DNA of 62,686 bases, the filler included. It is 4 parts of 4 records of this genome, joined end to end, with 100 filler letters (N's around TTAATTAATTAA, not from the genome) between each part and the next. Parts side by side here need not be neighbours in the genome. Positions count along the whole stretch, not along the records: positions 57,581 to 62,686 come from SRR31156797_687; 3 more parts are not named here. The stretch is one strand, 5' to 3'. Positions 61,595-62,686 of the stretch are shown in pieces. The notes under the pieces are model-generated. The model had not been told where the DNA came from and made no database searches. It saw only the letters and a program-made list of their open reading frames with translations. Within the stretch, counting starts at the first letter, position 1; each line of letters opens with the position of its first letter. The translations under genes and the position numbers were made by a program.

Positions 61595-62632
61595 ATGAAT
61601 AATAGCGAATACAAATTAACAAAATTCGTTCAAGCTGCTGGTTGAGCTGCTAAATTAGGTCCGGGTGATCTTAAACAAACAATTAGCAATTTAGTACCAT
61701 GTGACGATAAAGTTCTTGTTGGATTTGATACAAGCGATGACGCTTGCGTATATAAATTAAATGATGAAGAAGCTTTAGTTCAAACTTTAGACTTCATTAC
61801 ACCTGTAGTTGATGACCCTTATATTTATGGGAAAATTGCTGCTGCAAACTCACTTTCTGATGTATTTGCAATGGGTGCAGAAGTAAAAACTGCACTAAAT
61901 ATTGTAGGTTTTGATAGAAAAAACCATGGTACTGAAGCCTTAGGTGAGATATTAAGAGGTGGAAATGAAAAGATAAAAGAGTGTGGTGGTTTACTTTTGG
62001 GTGGACACACAATTGAAGCTCCAGAGATGTTTTATGGATTATCTGTAACAGGAACAATTCATCCAGATAAGATTTATAAAAACAATACTGCCAAAATTGG
62101 ACATGTATTAGTTTTAACTAAACCTTTAGGAATGGGTATTTTAACAACAGCTATAAAAAGAGATTTGATTAGTGAGTCAACAAAAAATGAAGCTATAAAA
62201 GTAATGGAAGCATTAAATTATCTACCTTCAAAAATATTAAGAGAGTATGATGTAAGTGCTTGTACAGATATCACTGGTTTTGGACTTTTAGGACACGCAC
62301 TTGAATCAACATCAGAACTTACATCTTTTGCAATTCATTGTGGAATTGTTCCAGTTATGAAAGATGCCCAAGAGTTTGCTCTTGAAGGTGTAGTTCCTGG
62401 AGGAACAAAAAGAAATATGAAATATTTAGAAGATAAAACAACAATAATGTGCCCTACTTCTAAGTGTTATCAAATGTATTGTGATGCTCAAACATCAGGT
62501 GGATTACTTGTTGCAATGGATAAAGATGATGCAAAAGAGTATATTAAAAAAGTTGAAGATTTAACTTTTGGATATGCGACAATTATTGGAGAAGTTATAC
62601 CAAGAGGTGTTACTCCGATTATCATTTATTAG
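61595..62632 (+). CDS. selD: Selenophosphate synthetase with Sec17 (345 aa)
   Basis: ATG 61595 is in frame with the tracked ORF: MNNSEYKLTKFVQAAG-U-AAKLGP; SDDA, DFITPVVDDP, GGHT, DITGFGLLGH, DAQTSGGLL. Confidence 0.95.
61643..61671 (+). promoter_or_regulatory. In-frame UGA (Sec) and bacterial SECIS hairpin
   Basis: TGA 61643-61645; AGGTC-CGGGT-GATCT stem-loop whose G-containing loop begins 16 nt after the UGA. Confidence 0.8.
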
Positions 62633-62635
62633 ATT

Positions 62636-62686
62636 TGGCGAGAAGGCGTAGGAATTGAACCTACCGCGGCGTTTACACAAAAACCG
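62636..62686 (-). tRNA. selC: tRNA-Sec, 3' half (cut by window end)
   Basis: Long variable arm, T-arm GTAGG-TTCAATT-CCTAC, 8-nt acceptor half GCCTTCTC + G + CCA (8/5 fold), next to selD; anticodon not visible. Confidence 0.8.

Noticed and set aside
61595-61870. selD as a pseudogene with a premature stop
   Set aside because: The UGA sits at the catalytic Cys/Sec position, with a SECIS-like hairpin and an adjacent tRNA-Sec
650-62057. Numerous short antisense or nested ORFs in the track (e.g. 650-982, 8812-9528, 50848-51186)
   Set aside because: Shadows of well-supported genes on the other strand or in another frame

Overview
The window is four unrelated contigs joined by 100-bp N/TTAATTAATTAA/N spacers (14965-15064, 33168-33267, 57481-57580), so no linkage should be read across them; taxonomic labels are inferred from gene content and sequence style. 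Contig 1 (1-14964, Desulfovibrio-like) has a type I secretion operon with two asymmetrically degenerate ABC subunits and an embedded bacteriohemerythrin, an IS3 relic, an MCP, and a complete 6.3-kb island in tRNA-Arg(CCG). The island has a 23-bp att duplication, a P4-like integrase, higBA, an orphan ori-like repeat cluster and a 1094-aa phosphoesterase-NTPase-TPR putative defence protein. Contig 2 (15065-33167, Bacteroidota mobile region) has a tyrosine integrase beside an 11-gene divergent locus: a Upf1/DNA2-like helicase, glycine-zipper, coiled-coil, TPR and HEAT proteins, a tandem AAA+ ATPase, and an NrdG-like radical SAM enzyme with no NrdD. This locus is the best candidate for an undescribed system. 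Contig 3 (33268-57480, Marinifilaceae-like Bacteroidota) has housekeeping genes, an RND efflux operon, a respiratory-type reductive dehalogenase operon (rdhABC plus a tiny membrane ORF, next to a membrane AraC gene) and Wbp-type sugar genes. Contig 4 (57581-62686, Arcobacter-like) has a Cache MCP, a transglutaminase-merT-merP operon, a selenocysteine-containing selD (UGA at codon 17 plus SECIS) and the 3' half of tRNA-Sec.
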